A stretch of DNA of 32,256 nucleotides from Clostridia bacterium (GTDB taxonomy: Bacteria > Bacillota > Clostridia > Christensenellales > CAG-138): contig JAZNHI010000049.1 in the NCBI GenBank assembly GCA_045576895.1, forward strand, positions 1 to 32,256, written 5' to 3'. Both the position numbers and the translations under genes were made by a program. This document shows, one piece after another, positions 16,092 through 24,888 of this stretch (position 1 is the stretch's first letter; every line of letters starts with the position of its first letter). Under the pieces are notes generated by a model. The model was not told the origin of the DNA. It made no database searches and was given only the letters and a program-made list of their open reading frames with translations.

Positions 16092-17987
16092 ATGGCAAGG
16101 AAAAAGGAACGGACGATCGGTCCGAAGTTTATCATGTTCTGCGCGTCGGTGTTTATTCTGGTGATCGCCGTCGTGATTCTGGTATTCGCCGTAGGCATCA
16201 ACAGCGCAGCGCCGAAAAAGGGCGGGTCCTGCAGCAGATCGCAGGATGCGCTGTCCTTTGCTGCGGAGATCGACAACGGTGCCGCCGAAGCAACGCAAAG
16301 ACCGCAGCAGTCGGAGCAGGAGGAATCTTCCGATGCGTCCGTCATCCCGGATCCGCCCGCGCTGCCGAACGATCGTGCGTTCGACGTGAGTCCGGTTGAC
16401 GCCGCGAAACCCGCAATGTTCGGCTTTACCTATGAGATCCGGAAAAACAACAGGGAAGACAGCTATACATCCAATCCGAATGAGAACACGTCTTCGTTCG
16501 GAAAAGCGCAGGACTATACAAACGTAAAAGGTATCACCACGTTTGCCGGCAATCATTATCGCAGCGGCTTTTCCTACGGCACGGCGCGCGTGACGATGCA
16601 GACGATGGAGCAGGTGTGGTCCTTTGCCGTCGGTTCGGCGAACGGCTTTGCGGGAGCGTCGTGGACCGGGCAGCCGCTGATCGTCACATGGGAAGGACAA
16701 ACGCTGAAGACGCTCGGCGTTCGCGATGAGTTCAAGAACAAAGACAGCCTGAACGAAGTGATCCTTTGCGCAGCGGACGGCAATATCTATTTTTACGAGC
16801 TTGAAACCGGCAACCGTACGCGCGATTCGATCGCCGTAAACGCGCCGATGTTCGGCACGCCGACGCTCGACCCGAGAGGGATCCCGATGCTCTATATCGG
16901 ACAGGGCACGCTTTCAGAACCCAACAGCAACCGTTCGACGTGCTACGGCGTCAATCTTTGCAGCAATACCGTGCGTACCATTATCAGCGGCAAGGACTAT
17001 ACGGCGCGCCGTTCCGATTGGTGTGCGTTCGATTCCAGTCCGCTGATCATCGACGATATGCTGATCTGGCCGAGCGAAAACGGCGTTCTGTATCTGATCG
17101 AGCTGCATACGAGCTACAATCCCGAAACGGGCGATCTCTGGATCGATCCGGGCGACAAGATCAAATACCGCTATACCGGTACGGATTATTCAAGCATCAC
17201 GCAGGCGGACAAGCGCGCATACGGCTTCGAATCGTCTGCCGCGGCATTCCGGAACTATCTGTACCTGACCGATAACGGCGGCTACCTGCAATGCATCGAT
17301 CTCAATACGCTGAAGCTGAAATTCGTCACGGACGTCGGCGGCGATTCGGACGCAACGCCGGTACTGGAAGAGGACGGAAACGCAGGAACGGTGTATGTCT
17401 ATACCGTTTCGCAGACAGACCGGCAGGATCCCTCGCTGCAGAACGGCTACGGGTTTTCCTACGTCCGCAAGATCAATGCACAGACCGGCGAGATCGTATG
17501 GGAGAACAAACAGTATGTACAGATCCTCGATCCGATCACCGGAAAGAACATGAAGGGCGGCGGAAAAGCGACGCCGCACATCGGGCACGGCACGATCGGC
17601 GATCTCCTGATCTGCTCCTTCTACGGCATGACCGTGCAGACGACCGACGAGGAAGGGAATACCACGTACGGATTCGGCGGCAAGATCGTTGCGTTTGATC
17701 GCTCGAACGGCGCAGTACGCTGGGAGATCGTGCAGACCGGAAATGCCGATTACGTTTCCTCACCGCTCATCATCTACAATGCGCGCGGCGACGCGTATCT
17801 GATCGCCTGCGACAGGGACGGCAACATCCGCCTCTATGACGCCGCAAGACCAGGCGAGAATTCGCTCTATGCGCTGAAGCTCGGGGAACGGATCGACGCA
17901 ACCCCGGTCGCGTTCAACAATTATATCGTCGTTGCAACGACGGGCACGCTGGAACAGACGCGCATCTTCTGTCTGAAACTGAGCTGA
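16092..17987 (+). CDS. Membrane-anchored PQQ-like beta-propeller protein, paralog 2
   Basis: Start ATG 16092 (MARKKERTIGPKF + TM) mirrors paralog 1. Shares GI.TF.GN..R, WTGQPLIV.W, DGNIYF..LET, DPRG.P.LY.G.G, P.ENG, QCIDLNT. Confidence 0.8.
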   Translation: MARKKERTIGPKFIMFCASVFILVIAVVILVFAVGINSAAPKKGGSCSRSQDALSFAAEIDNGAAEATQRPQQSEQEESSDASVIPDPPALPNDRAFDVSPVDAAKPAMFGFTYEIRKNNREDSYTSNPNENTSSFGKAQDYTNVKGITTFAGNHYRSGFSYGTARVTMQTMEQVWSFAVGSANGFAGASWTGQPLIVTWEGQTLKTLGVRDEFKNKDSLNEVILCAADGNIYFYELETGNRTRDSIAVNAPMFGTPTLDPRGIPMLYIGQGTLSEPNSNRSTCYGVNLCSNTVRTIISGKDYTARRSDWCAFDSSPLIIDDMLIWPSENGVLYLIELHTSYNPETGDLWIDPGDKIKYRYTGTDYSSITQADKRAYGFESSAAAFRNYLYLTDNGGYLQCIDLNTLKLKFVTDVGGDSDATPVLEEDGNAGTVYVYTVSQTDRQDPSLQNGYGFSYVRKINAQTGEIVWENKQYVQILDPITGKNMKGGGKATPHIGHGTIGDLLICSFYGMTVQTTDEEGNTTYGFGGKIVAFDRSNGAVRWEIVQTGNADYVSSPLIIYNARGDAYLIACDRDGNIRLYDAARPGENSLYALKLGERIDATPVAFNNYIVVATTGTLEQTRIFCLKLS

Positions 17988-18037
17988 GAAAAACCGATCC
18001 GCGCGCGGCGGACAGCCTGACAGGTATCAAAAATGCA

Positions 18038-18064
18038 ATGCACCTCCGATTTCCGGAGGTGCAT
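18038..18064. terminator. Bidirectional terminator between convergent genes
   Basis: ATGCACCTCCG, loop ATTTC, CGGAGGTGCAT; flanked by an A-rich run and CGTTTT. Confidence 0.75.
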
Positions 18065-18089
18065 CGTTTTGCGTTTCCGCTGTGCTTTT

Positions 18090-19640
18090 TTACCGTTCCA
18101 GATAGATCGTAACGGTCTTTTCCTCGTCAAAATACGGAACGCTCCATTCCTGACCGTAGCCGCCGATCTGATCCATATCCCAGTCCGGATCGAGGATCCG
18201 GAACTGCGTTGTGACGATCCCGGAGGCAGCGTCCATGAATCGCGTTTCCGATTGTTCCGTATTCGGATAGATCGGCTCGCCCTGACGATTCAGAAGAAAA
18301 TCGCCGAAGGAGTCCAGAATCCTGACGCCGGGCACACGGTACGATACGGTCACGATCCTCTTTTGCTTGTCGACGGAAAACGACGTCAGTTCCAGCTTTC
18401 CGCCTTGCGCCGTGTCGGAATCAAACATCGCGCGAACGGTTTCCGTTCGCCCCGCATAGTACATGGGCGTCAGTTTGATGGCCTTCATCCCTTCTCTCGG
18501 TGTGAACAGGATTTCGTTGACGGCAGATCCCTGACCGCTGCTTCCGGTATAGTATTCCAGCTGCGGCATCAGGGAGATCCCGTTTTCATCCGTAACGGAG
18601 AAGTTGATGAACGGATCCCAGGAAACCGGATTCTCCTCGTCGTAAGCGATCTGCAGCGCCATGATTTCCTCATTTGTAAGAGGGCACGGGTTTTCCCGCA
18701 GAAACTCGTCCTTTGCGTTCTGTTCCCACTCGAGATCCGTACTGCCGGGATGCGCCTTAAAGAAAGCTTCCTTTGCCGCCGTACACGCTTCTGCCCAGGC
18801 GGCATATGCCTCGTTTGTGTACGGACCTTGCGGCAGGATCGGTTCGGACAGTGTGATACATCCGCCGTCCCGATCGATCCGGATCGATTCGATCGTTACC
18901 GTGTGATCGTGGTACGGCCTATAGGGCGGTACTGCCGGTTCTTCCGAATACTCGCCTTTGATCTGTACGGTCTTTCCGGACAGGATCAGAACGCTGTCGT
19001 CCTTACCTTGCGTGAGATCGACCGTATAGCCCTTCACCGAAAGCAGCGTTCCGTCTGCATCGGTAAATCGGACGGTCATTGTGCAGCTTTCCGGAACGCT
19101 CGGAAAAACGAGGAAAGACGTCATCAGGCTTTGACCGTTTCCGACGTCGACCCGCTCGCTTCGGACAGGCTGTCTTTCGTCTCCGCCGTTGATCGACAGC
19201 GTGATGGAAGGCTGATTCTGCTTGCTCTCCAGACTGCAGAAGATGGAGATCGTGTCCTTATGGATCGCGATGTTTTCCACGGTCAGGATCTTGTTGCCGT
19301 GTTCATCCAGCACTTCGTCCCGAAGCGCATCGCTGTGCCGTTCGTAATAATCCTGCTGTGCCCGGATCTCGGATGAATCGGTATCGGAGAAGAAGCCGAT
19401 CCGGCTTCCGCTACCCGTGAGCAGGATACTCGCCGCGACGGCGACTGCGCATCCGGCAAGCAGCAATGCTGCCGCAAGAACGGCAATCTGCAGCGCTCTG
19501 CGGCGCGGCTTCTTCCATGCGGCATTTTCTCGTTCCGTTTCCCGGATCGCCGCATCGACCTTTCTGTAGCAGCGGCTTCCGTTTAAGAGACCGTTTTCCA
19601 ACGCGTCCCGATAGATCAGTTGTTCTTCTTTTGCATTCAT
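18090..19640 (-). CDS. Putative anti-sigma factor (short cytoplasmic N-terminus, one TM, large extracytoplasmic domain; DUF4179-like)
   Basis: ATGA-coupled to the upstream ECF sigma; KKPRRR followed by a hydrophobic helix, then about 445 aa of mostly beta-rich sequence. Confidence 0.75.
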   Translation of the reverse strand: MNAKEEQLIYRDALENGLLNGSRCYRKVDAAIRETERENAAWKKPRRRALQIAVLAAALLLAGCAVAVAASILLTGSGSRIGFFSDTDSSEIRAQQDYYERHSDALRDEVLDEHGNKILTVENIAIHKDTISIFCSLESKQNQPSITLSINGGDERQPVRSERVDVGNGQSLMTSFLVFPSVPESCTMTVRFTDADGTLLSVKGYTVDLTQGKDDSVLILSGKTVQIKGEYSEEPAVPPYRPYHDHTVTIESIRIDRDGGCITLSEPILPQGPYTNEAYAAWAEACTAAKEAFFKAHPGSTDLEWEQNAKDEFLRENPCPLTNEEIMALQIAYDEENPVSWDPFINFSVTDENGISLMPQLEYYTGSSGQGSAVNEILFTPREGMKAIKLTPMYYAGRTETVRAMFDSDTAQGGKLELTSFSVDKQKRIVTVSYRVPGVRILDSFGDFLLNRQGEPIYPNTEQSETRFMDAASGIVTTQFRILDPDWDMDQIGGYGQEWSVPYFDEEKTVTIYLER

Positions 19641-20161
19641 TTGTCGTTCTCCTCTGCAATCAGCTGTTTCCGAATGGCGTTTCTTGCGCGGAAAAGCCGC
19701 ACCTTGACGGTATCGCGTCCGATGTTCAATTCCTGCGCGATCTCCGCGGTCGACAGCCCGTACCCGTAATAGAGCACGAAAGCTCTGTAGCTCTCCGTCG
19801 GCAGGGCTTGCGCGGCGTTCAGGATCGTGTCCGTCATGCTTCGATCCAATGCAAGATCTTCAATCGAAATCTCCGGTTCCTGAAATGCGGCTTCCACTTC
19901 GGGCGAATCCGTCGGCATTTCTTTCTTCTGAATCGTCTGCAAACGTGAGATCTCTCTTTTCAGCATCCGGATCAGGTACGCCTTCGGGACCAGAATGTCC
20001 AGATGCCCGAATCGCGAGATGCGCCGGTAAAACGCGGTGAACACATTCTGAAGCGCATCCTCCGCATCGGCAGGCCGATCCATATGGATGATCGCATACC
20101 GCAGAAGATCCCGATACACCGATTGATATACCTCGTCAAAATAACTTCTTTGATTGCTCAT
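19637..20161 (-). CDS. ECF-family RNA polymerase sigma factor
   Basis: 174 aa; region 2 (FDEVY...DAEDALQNVF...KAYLIRM) and region 4 (LP...R.AFVLYY..GLSTAEIAQELNIGRDTVKVRLFRAR). Confidence 0.92.
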   Translation of the reverse strand: MSNQRSYFDEVYQSVYRDLLRYAIIHMDRPADAEDALQNVFTAFYRRISRFGHLDILVPKAYLIRMLKREISRLQTIQKKEMPTDSPEVEAAFQEPEISIEDLALDRSMTDTILNAAQALPTESYRAFVLYYGYGLSTAEIAQELNIGRDTVKVRLFRARNAIRKQLIAEENDK

Positions 20162-20176
20162 ATTTCAACTTCCTTC

Positions 20177-20190
20177 TGTAAGCGCTTACA
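20177..20190. promoter_or_regulatory. cre-like / LacI-family operator
   Basis: Perfect palindrome TGTAAGCGCTTACA, fitting the cre consensus TGWNANCGNTNWCA, between the ECF promoter and the sigma RBS. Confidence 0.65.
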
Positions 20191-20196
20191 TACAGA

Positions 20197-20225
20197 TAGA
20201 CGCGGAAAAAACAGGATCGGTTACA
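20197..20225 (-). promoter_or_regulatory. ECF-type (autoregulatory) promoter
   Basis: Minus strand TGTAAC-N17-CGTCTA with a T-tract in the spacer; resembles B. subtilis SigX/SigV/SigW-type AAC...CGT promoters. Confidence 0.65.
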
Positions 20226-20281
20226 GCTTTTGCCGAACCTGTGACAAATAAACTGTTGTTGTCGGGTTCATAAAACAACGA

Positions 20282-20309
20282 CCCCGATCCGGAATGCATC
20301 GGATCGGAG
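20282..20309 (-). terminator. Probable terminator after the NlpC/P60 gene
   Basis: Minus strand CTCCGATCCG...CGGATCGGGG followed by TCGTTGTTTT. Confidence 0.5.
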
Positions 20310-20339
20310 CCGTATTCGTCGAAAAGGATGGGGGAGCGG

Positions 20340-22154
20340 TTAATGGATCGGCGTGATCGTGCCGATGCGCTTTGAGCAGGCGTACAGATCCTGCAGATGC
20401 GGACGGAATCTTGCAATCAGCGTGCCCTGATACCGCCCGTCGATGCGCGTGGAATGGATGACGGTGTTGTTGCCGAGGTAGATCATGATGTGACCGACGC
20501 GTCCGTGGCTTTCGTTCATCAGCATAATCAGATCGCCGCGTTTCAGATCCTTGAATCCTTCTTTGTCCTTGACACCGGTATCGACGAACGTGATCCGGCT
20601 CGTCGGGCTTTGGAGCTCATCGAGCCGCGAGAACGCTGTCGCCGTGATCTCAAAGATGGTTTCGCGCATGTTTTCTCTGCGGTAATCGTACATGCGAAGC
20701 AGCCAGCAGATCAGACCGGAGCAGTCATAGGAAGCGTCGCCGGTGCGCGCAAAGGAATCGTACGGCGTGCCGAGACGGTCATAGGTTGCGGAGATCATGC
20801 ACTCATTCATATGCGCGATCTCATCAACGACCTGTGTGTGAATGCGGCGTGCGCTGTCGAACGTGTTCTTCATAACGGGGTCGATCTCCACATCCGAAAC
20901 GAATCCGTTTCTGACAGTCAGCATGCGGCCCTTGCCGAGATACAGTCCGCAATCGGTGATATCGCCGGAATACGGACCGTGTACCACGACTTCGACGTTC
21001 GGAATGACGGCGTCGCCCTTTCCTATGTCGTCGGAGAAGAACAGAAGATCCCCGGGCTCGATCGATTCGTAATCGCCGATGTATTCCCATTCCGTCTCGT
21101 TGCCGTTGCAGGAAACGAGATCGCCCGCGCTGTTGAACAGCTTGAACAGCAGAGTATTGTAGATCGGCGTCACATACAGATGCTTCGGATAAAGATCCTC
21201 GTCCTCAAGCGGCTTCTGATAGAAATCGTAATAGACCGCGTTGAACTGGAGCCCCTCGGCGCGAAGCAGATCGTACAGGAACGAGGCGGCGTTGGCATAA
21301 GCGGATCCGATCAAATCTTGCGCGTCGGCAACAAGCGTCTCGGGTGAAAAGCTGCTTTCCGGCGTTTCGCATGAAAGCTGCAGATAGCTATAAAACTCTT
21401 CTTCGGAGAGGAAGCGAAGCTGCCCGAGCTGAACGTAACCGGTCTTGTCGTCGTCGGTCAGGATCGCGGCGTATCCCCGCTGCGGGTCGACGGCGATCAC
21501 GCGAACGACTTCATAGCTTGCGTGAGCGACAACGGGAGAGTCGGTTGCGCGCGCCGAATACACGATCCCGTTCGGGCGAACAAGAACCGCATATTTGTTT
21601 TCCGGCTGCGTCAGCATGGTTTCAAACACGCGGCGAACATCCAGATACCCGTCGCCCTCCGCGCCGATCGGACGCAGATGGTAGAAGGTGCGGGTTTCGG
21701 TTTCGACCGTGCCGAGCACGATCCACTCGTGCATATAAACGCCGTCGGATTTGACAAACGGCGTAACAAGATCGCTCTGCAGATCCGGTTCGCTGAAAAT
21801 GGAGGGGCAGGCGTTTCTGGTCGAAACAAACGTAAAGGACTCCTGATCCAAAGCGAACGCTTTCAGCTTCCGCGCTTTCTCCTCCTCACGAACGGGGATC
21901 GGCGTGGGCGTGGGCTCGGGCGTCGGCGTGGGTTCCGGCGTGGGCTCGGGCGTCGGCGTCGGAATGGGCGGCAGCGTTTTCGGCTCCTCGGTTGCAGGGA
22001 CCGCAACGGGATCCACGACGTGGATCGTGGGTTCCGCCTCGGGAATCACCGTATGCTCAACAACGGGTACGGGCGTCGCCGCAGCAGGTTCCGATTCGAT
22101 GCCGCAGGCGATAGTCAAACATGTCAGGATAAGGATCAATACTAATTTCTTCAT
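20340..22154 (-). CDS. Lipoprotein with Pro/Thr linker, SH3b-like region, one degenerate and one intact NlpC/P60 (C40) peptidase domain
   Basis: Signal MKKLVLILILTCLTIAC (lipobox-like); PTPEPT repeats; C-terminal LGTPY...YDCSGL...RGDLI...GHIMIYLGNNTVIHS; an upstream copy has IEPGDLLFF...CGLYLGKGRML...ARRI. Confidence 0.85.
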   Translation of the reverse strand: MKKLVLILILTCLTIACGIESEPAAATPVPVVEHTVIPEAEPTIHVVDPVAVPATEEPKTLPPIPTPTPEPTPEPTPTPEPTPTPIPVREEEKARKLKAFALDQESFTFVSTRNACPSIFSEPDLQSDLVTPFVKSDGVYMHEWIVLGTVETETRTFYHLRPIGAEGDGYLDVRRVFETMLTQPENKYAVLVRPNGIVYSARATDSPVVAHASYEVVRVIAVDPQRGYAAILTDDDKTGYVQLGQLRFLSEEEFYSYLQLSCETPESSFSPETLVADAQDLIGSAYANAASFLYDLLRAEGLQFNAVYYDFYQKPLEDEDLYPKHLYVTPIYNTLLFKLFNSAGDLVSCNGNETEWEYIGDYESIEPGDLLFFSDDIGKGDAVIPNVEVVVHGPYSGDITDCGLYLGKGRMLTVRNGFVSDVEIDPVMKNTFDSARRIHTQVVDEIAHMNECMISATYDRLGTPYDSFARTGDASYDCSGLICWLLRMYDYRRENMRETIFEITATAFSRLDELQSPTSRITFVDTGVKDKEGFKDLKRGDLIMLMNESHGRVGHIMIYLGNNTVIHSTRIDGRYQGTLIARFRPHLQDLYACSKRIGTITPIH

Positions 22155-22161
22155 GATTTGT

Positions 22162-22190
22162 AGTTTATCGTCGAATCATGCAAATGTCAA
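22162..22190 (-). promoter_or_regulatory. sigmaA promoter, probably giving a leaderless mRNA
   Basis: Minus strand TTGACA, 17-nt spacer, TAAACT, 7 nt (ACAAATC), ATG 22154; no Shine-Dalgarno. Confidence 0.7.
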
Positions 22191-22219
22191 TCGAATCCGT
22201 GTAAATTCTTGTCGAATGC

Positions 22220-22248
22220 TTTACAAATCCGGTTTGTTTGTGTACAAT
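22220..22248 (+). promoter_or_regulatory. sigmaA promoter of the DUF896 gene
   Basis: TTTACA, 17-nt spacer, TACAAT; RBS GGAGG downstream. Confidence 0.6.
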
Positions 22249-22268
22249 ACGGGCACGGAGGAAGCCAT

Positions 22269-22472
22269 ATGAAACAGGAACACATCGATCGGATCAACGA
22301 GCTTGCAAGAAAGGCGAAGACGGAAGGTCTGTCCGAAGAGGAGACAGAGGAGCGAGATCGCCTCAGAAAAGCGTATATTGCGGATTTCCGCAAATCTCTG
22401 GAAGCGCACCTCGAGAACACTTATGTCGTGGACGCGAAGGGCAATAAAACAAAGCTGCAGAAGAAACACTGA
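22269..22472 (+). CDS. DUF896 / UPF0291 (YnzC-like) small protein
   Basis: 67 aa from ATG 22269; hallmark IDRINELARKAK.EGLSEEE..ER..LRKAYI..FR...VVD..GN. Confidence 0.9.
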   Translation: MKQEHIDRINELARKAKTEGLSEEETEERDRLRKAYIADFRKSLEAHLENTYVVDAKGNKTKLQKKH

Positions 22473-22501
22473 AAAATGATCCCGCACGGTTGTGCGGGAT
22501 C
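22472..22501. terminator. Terminator between DUF896 and recA
   Basis: GATCCCGCAC, loop GGTT, GTGCGGGATC, preceded by AAAAAT (U-tract on the minus strand). Confidence 0.75.
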
Positions 22502-22516
22502 GCTGTATATTCCGGA

Positions 22517-23596
22517 TCAGAATTCGGGCGGCGGAACGAGATCGTCGTCTCCGCGGAGCGCCGCTTCGCGCGCACGGCGCTTTGCTTCGGCGGCTTCCGC
22601 CTCCTTTTTGCGCTGTTCCTCGATCTGCGCCTTGATCTTGTTTTCGATCTCCTGGCATACTTCGGGGTTATCCTTCAGGAACAGACGCGCATTCTCGCGG
22701 CCCTGCGCCATGCGCATATCGCCGTAGGAGAACCACGAACCGGACTTGATGATGATGCGGCGGTCGATCGCCATGTCGAGGATGCTGCCTTCCTTGGAGA
22801 TGCCTTCGCCGTACAGCATATCGAACTCCGCGGTGCGGAAGGGCGGTGCGACCTTGTTCTTGACGATCTTGACGCGCGTGCGGGAACCGACCGCTTCGTT
22901 GCCTGCTTTGAGCGTTTCGATGCGGCGCACGTCCATACGCACGGAGGCATAGAATTTCAGCGCCTTGCCGCCGGTCGTGGTTTCGGGATTGCCGAACATG
23001 ACGCCGACCTTTTCACGGAGCTGGTTGATGAAGATCACGACGGTGTTGGTCTTTGCCACGCAGCCGGTGAGCTTGCGGAGTGCCTGCGACATCAGACGCG
23101 CCTGAAGCCCGACGTGCGAATCGCCCATGTCGCCTTCGAGCTCCGCTTTCGGAACGAGCGCTGCAACAGAGTCAATGACGATCACGTCGATGGCGCCGGA
23201 TCTTGCAAGCGCTTCCGCGATATCGAGCGCCTGTTCGCCGGTATCCGGCTGAGAGACATACAGATCCTCGATCTGCACGCCAAGATGTTCCGCATAGACC
23301 GGATCGAGCGCGTGCTCCGCGTCGATGAACGCGGCGGTGCCGCCCGCTTTCTGCGCCTGCGCAACGATGTGCAGCGCGATGGTGGTTTTGCCGCTGGACT
23401 CCGGCCCGAAGATCTCGATGACGCGGCCGCGCGGTACGCCGCCGACGCCGAGCGCAAGGTCAAGGTCGAGACAGCCGGTCGGGATCACGGAAACGGGCAC
23501 GCGGGATGCGTCGCCCAGCTTCATGATCGCGCCTTTGCCGAAGCTTTTTTCGATCTGGCTCAGTGCAATTTCCAATGCTTTTTCTTTTTCCAACAT
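22517..23596 (-). CDS. recA: Recombinase RecA
   Basis: True start ATG 23596 ([28 protein letters not shown]) after GAGAGG; [49 protein letters not shown]. Confidence 0.98.
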   Translation of the reverse strand: MLEKEKALEIALSQIEKSFGKGAIMKLGDASRVPVSVIPTGCLDLDLALGVGGVPRGRVIEIFGPESSGKTTIALHIVAQAQKAGGTAAFIDAEHALDPVYAEHLGVQIEDLYVSQPDTGEQALDIAEALARSGAIDVIVIDSVAALVPKAELEGDMGDSHVGLQARLMSQALRKLTGCVAKTNTVVIFINQLREKVGVMFGNPETTTGGKALKFYASVRMDVRRIETLKAGNEAVGSRTRVKIVKNKVAPPFRTAEFDMLYGEGISKEGSILDMAIDRRIIIKSGSWFSYGDMRMAQGRENARLFLKDNPEVCQEIENKIKAQIEEQRKKEAEAAEAKRRAREAALRGDDDLVPPPEF

Positions 23597-23635
23597 GTCG
23601 TGTTCCTCTCTTTCACAATCTTGCGTGTTTATTGT

Positions 23636-23652
23636 ATTATAACACCTGTCCG
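23636..23652 (-). promoter_or_regulatory. recA internal promoter (extended -10) with a degenerate SOS-box-like site
   Basis: Minus strand TGTTATAAT; overlapping CGGACAGGTGTTAT resembles the Firmicute LexA box CGAAC-N4-GTTY with mismatches. Confidence 0.45.
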
Positions 23653-24888
23653 TTATTTCGTACAGAGTTTTCTGCGCAAAAGATCGAGCGCGTTCAGCAT
23701 CGCCGAATGCCGGATGCGGTCGCGGTCGCCGAACAGATTCAGCCGCTTCACGGTCGTTCCTTCCGCGCTTGCAAGCGCAATGAACACCGTGCCGACGGGC
23801 TTGTCCGGCTCGCCGCCGTCGGGTCCCGCATAGCCGGTCGTGGACAGCGCAAAGTCGGTTCCGGCAGCCTTGCGCGTGCCTTCCGCCATTTCTATTGCGC
23901 ATTCCTCGGAGACCGCGCCGACGGTGTCGAGCGTTTCCTTCCGCACGCCGAGACGGCGCATCTTGGCGTCGTTCGAATAGGTTACGTCGCCTTCGATGAA
24001 ATATGCCGAGCTGCCGGGATAGTTGATGAACGCATCGGCGAGTCTGCCGCCGGTGCAGCTTTCGGAAACGGCAAGCGTCTTGCCCGCTTCGATCAGCGCG
24101 TGATGACAGACCTCCGCAAGCTCGCGTCCGTTCGTATCGTATACGACGTCGCCGAGCGTCGCCTTGATCGTTTCGATCAAAGGCAGCACGAGCGCTTCGC
24201 CTTCGGTATCGTCTTTGCAGCGCGCGGTGACGCGCAGCGTGACCTCGCCGGTCTTGGCGTACGGCGCGATCGTCGGGTTCGTCTGCTGCTTAATGAGATC
24301 GTCGAGCCGATAGGTCACGTCCGATTCGCCCATACCGAAGATGCGCAGCTCGCGCGAGTACAGACGGTGTCCCGCCTTTTCGAGCAGACGGGGAAGGACG
24401 AGGTTTGCGAACATCGGCCGAAGCTCGCGCGGCGGTCCGGGCATCAGGATCGCAGCCTTGCCGTTTGCTTCCATGATGCAGCCCGGCGCGGTGCCTTTGG
24501 GATTTTCGAGAATGATCGCGTCTGCGGGGAACATCGCCTGCTTCTTGTTGTTCGGCGCAACGGTGCGGCCTTTGCTTTCAAAATACGAGACGATCTTTTT
24601 CCACTCGTCTTCGTACAGTACGAGTTCCTTACCCATGACCTTTGCGACTGTCTCCTTGGTGAGATCGTCGTCCGTGGGACCGAGCCCGCCGGACAGCAGC
24701 ACAACGTCGGCGCGGGACAGCGCGGTCTCGATCGCCTCCGTAAGCCGCTTCGGATTGTCGCCGACCACGACCTGATGATACATATCGATGCCGGACGGTG
24801 CAAGCTCCTTTGCAATGAAGTGCGCGTTGGTGTTCAGGACCTGCCCCATCAGAAGCTCGGTCCCGACGCAGATCAGTTCAGCAATCAT
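23653..24888 (-). CDS. cinA: Competence/damage-inducible protein CinA (MoCF domain + NMN deamidase PncC domain)
   Basis: [66 protein letters not shown]. Confidence 0.96.
   Translation of the reverse strand: MIAELICVGTELLMGQVLNTNAHFIAKELAPSGIDMYHQVVVGDNPKRLTEAIETALSRADVVLLSGGLGPTDDDLTKETVAKVMGKELVLYEDEWKKIVSYFESKGRTVAPNNKKQAMFPADAIILENPKGTAPGCIMEANGKAAILMPGPPRELRPMFANLVLPRLLEKAGHRLYSRELRIFGMGESDVTYRLDDLIKQQTNPTIAPYAKTGEVTLRVTARCKDDTEGEALVLPLIETIKATLGDVVYDTNGRELAEVCHHALIEAGKTLAVSESCTGGRLADAFINYPGSSAYFIEGDVTYSNDAKMRRLGVRKETLDTVGAVSEECAIEMAEGTRKAAGTDFALSTTGYAGPDGGEPDKPVGTVFIALASAEGTTVKRLNLFGDRDRIRHSAMLNALDLLRRKLCTK

Noticed and set aside
23597-23902. N-terminal extension of RecA in the ORF track (461 aa)
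   Set aside because: It overlaps cinA in another frame. The RBS, promoter and RecA homology all point to ATG 23596.
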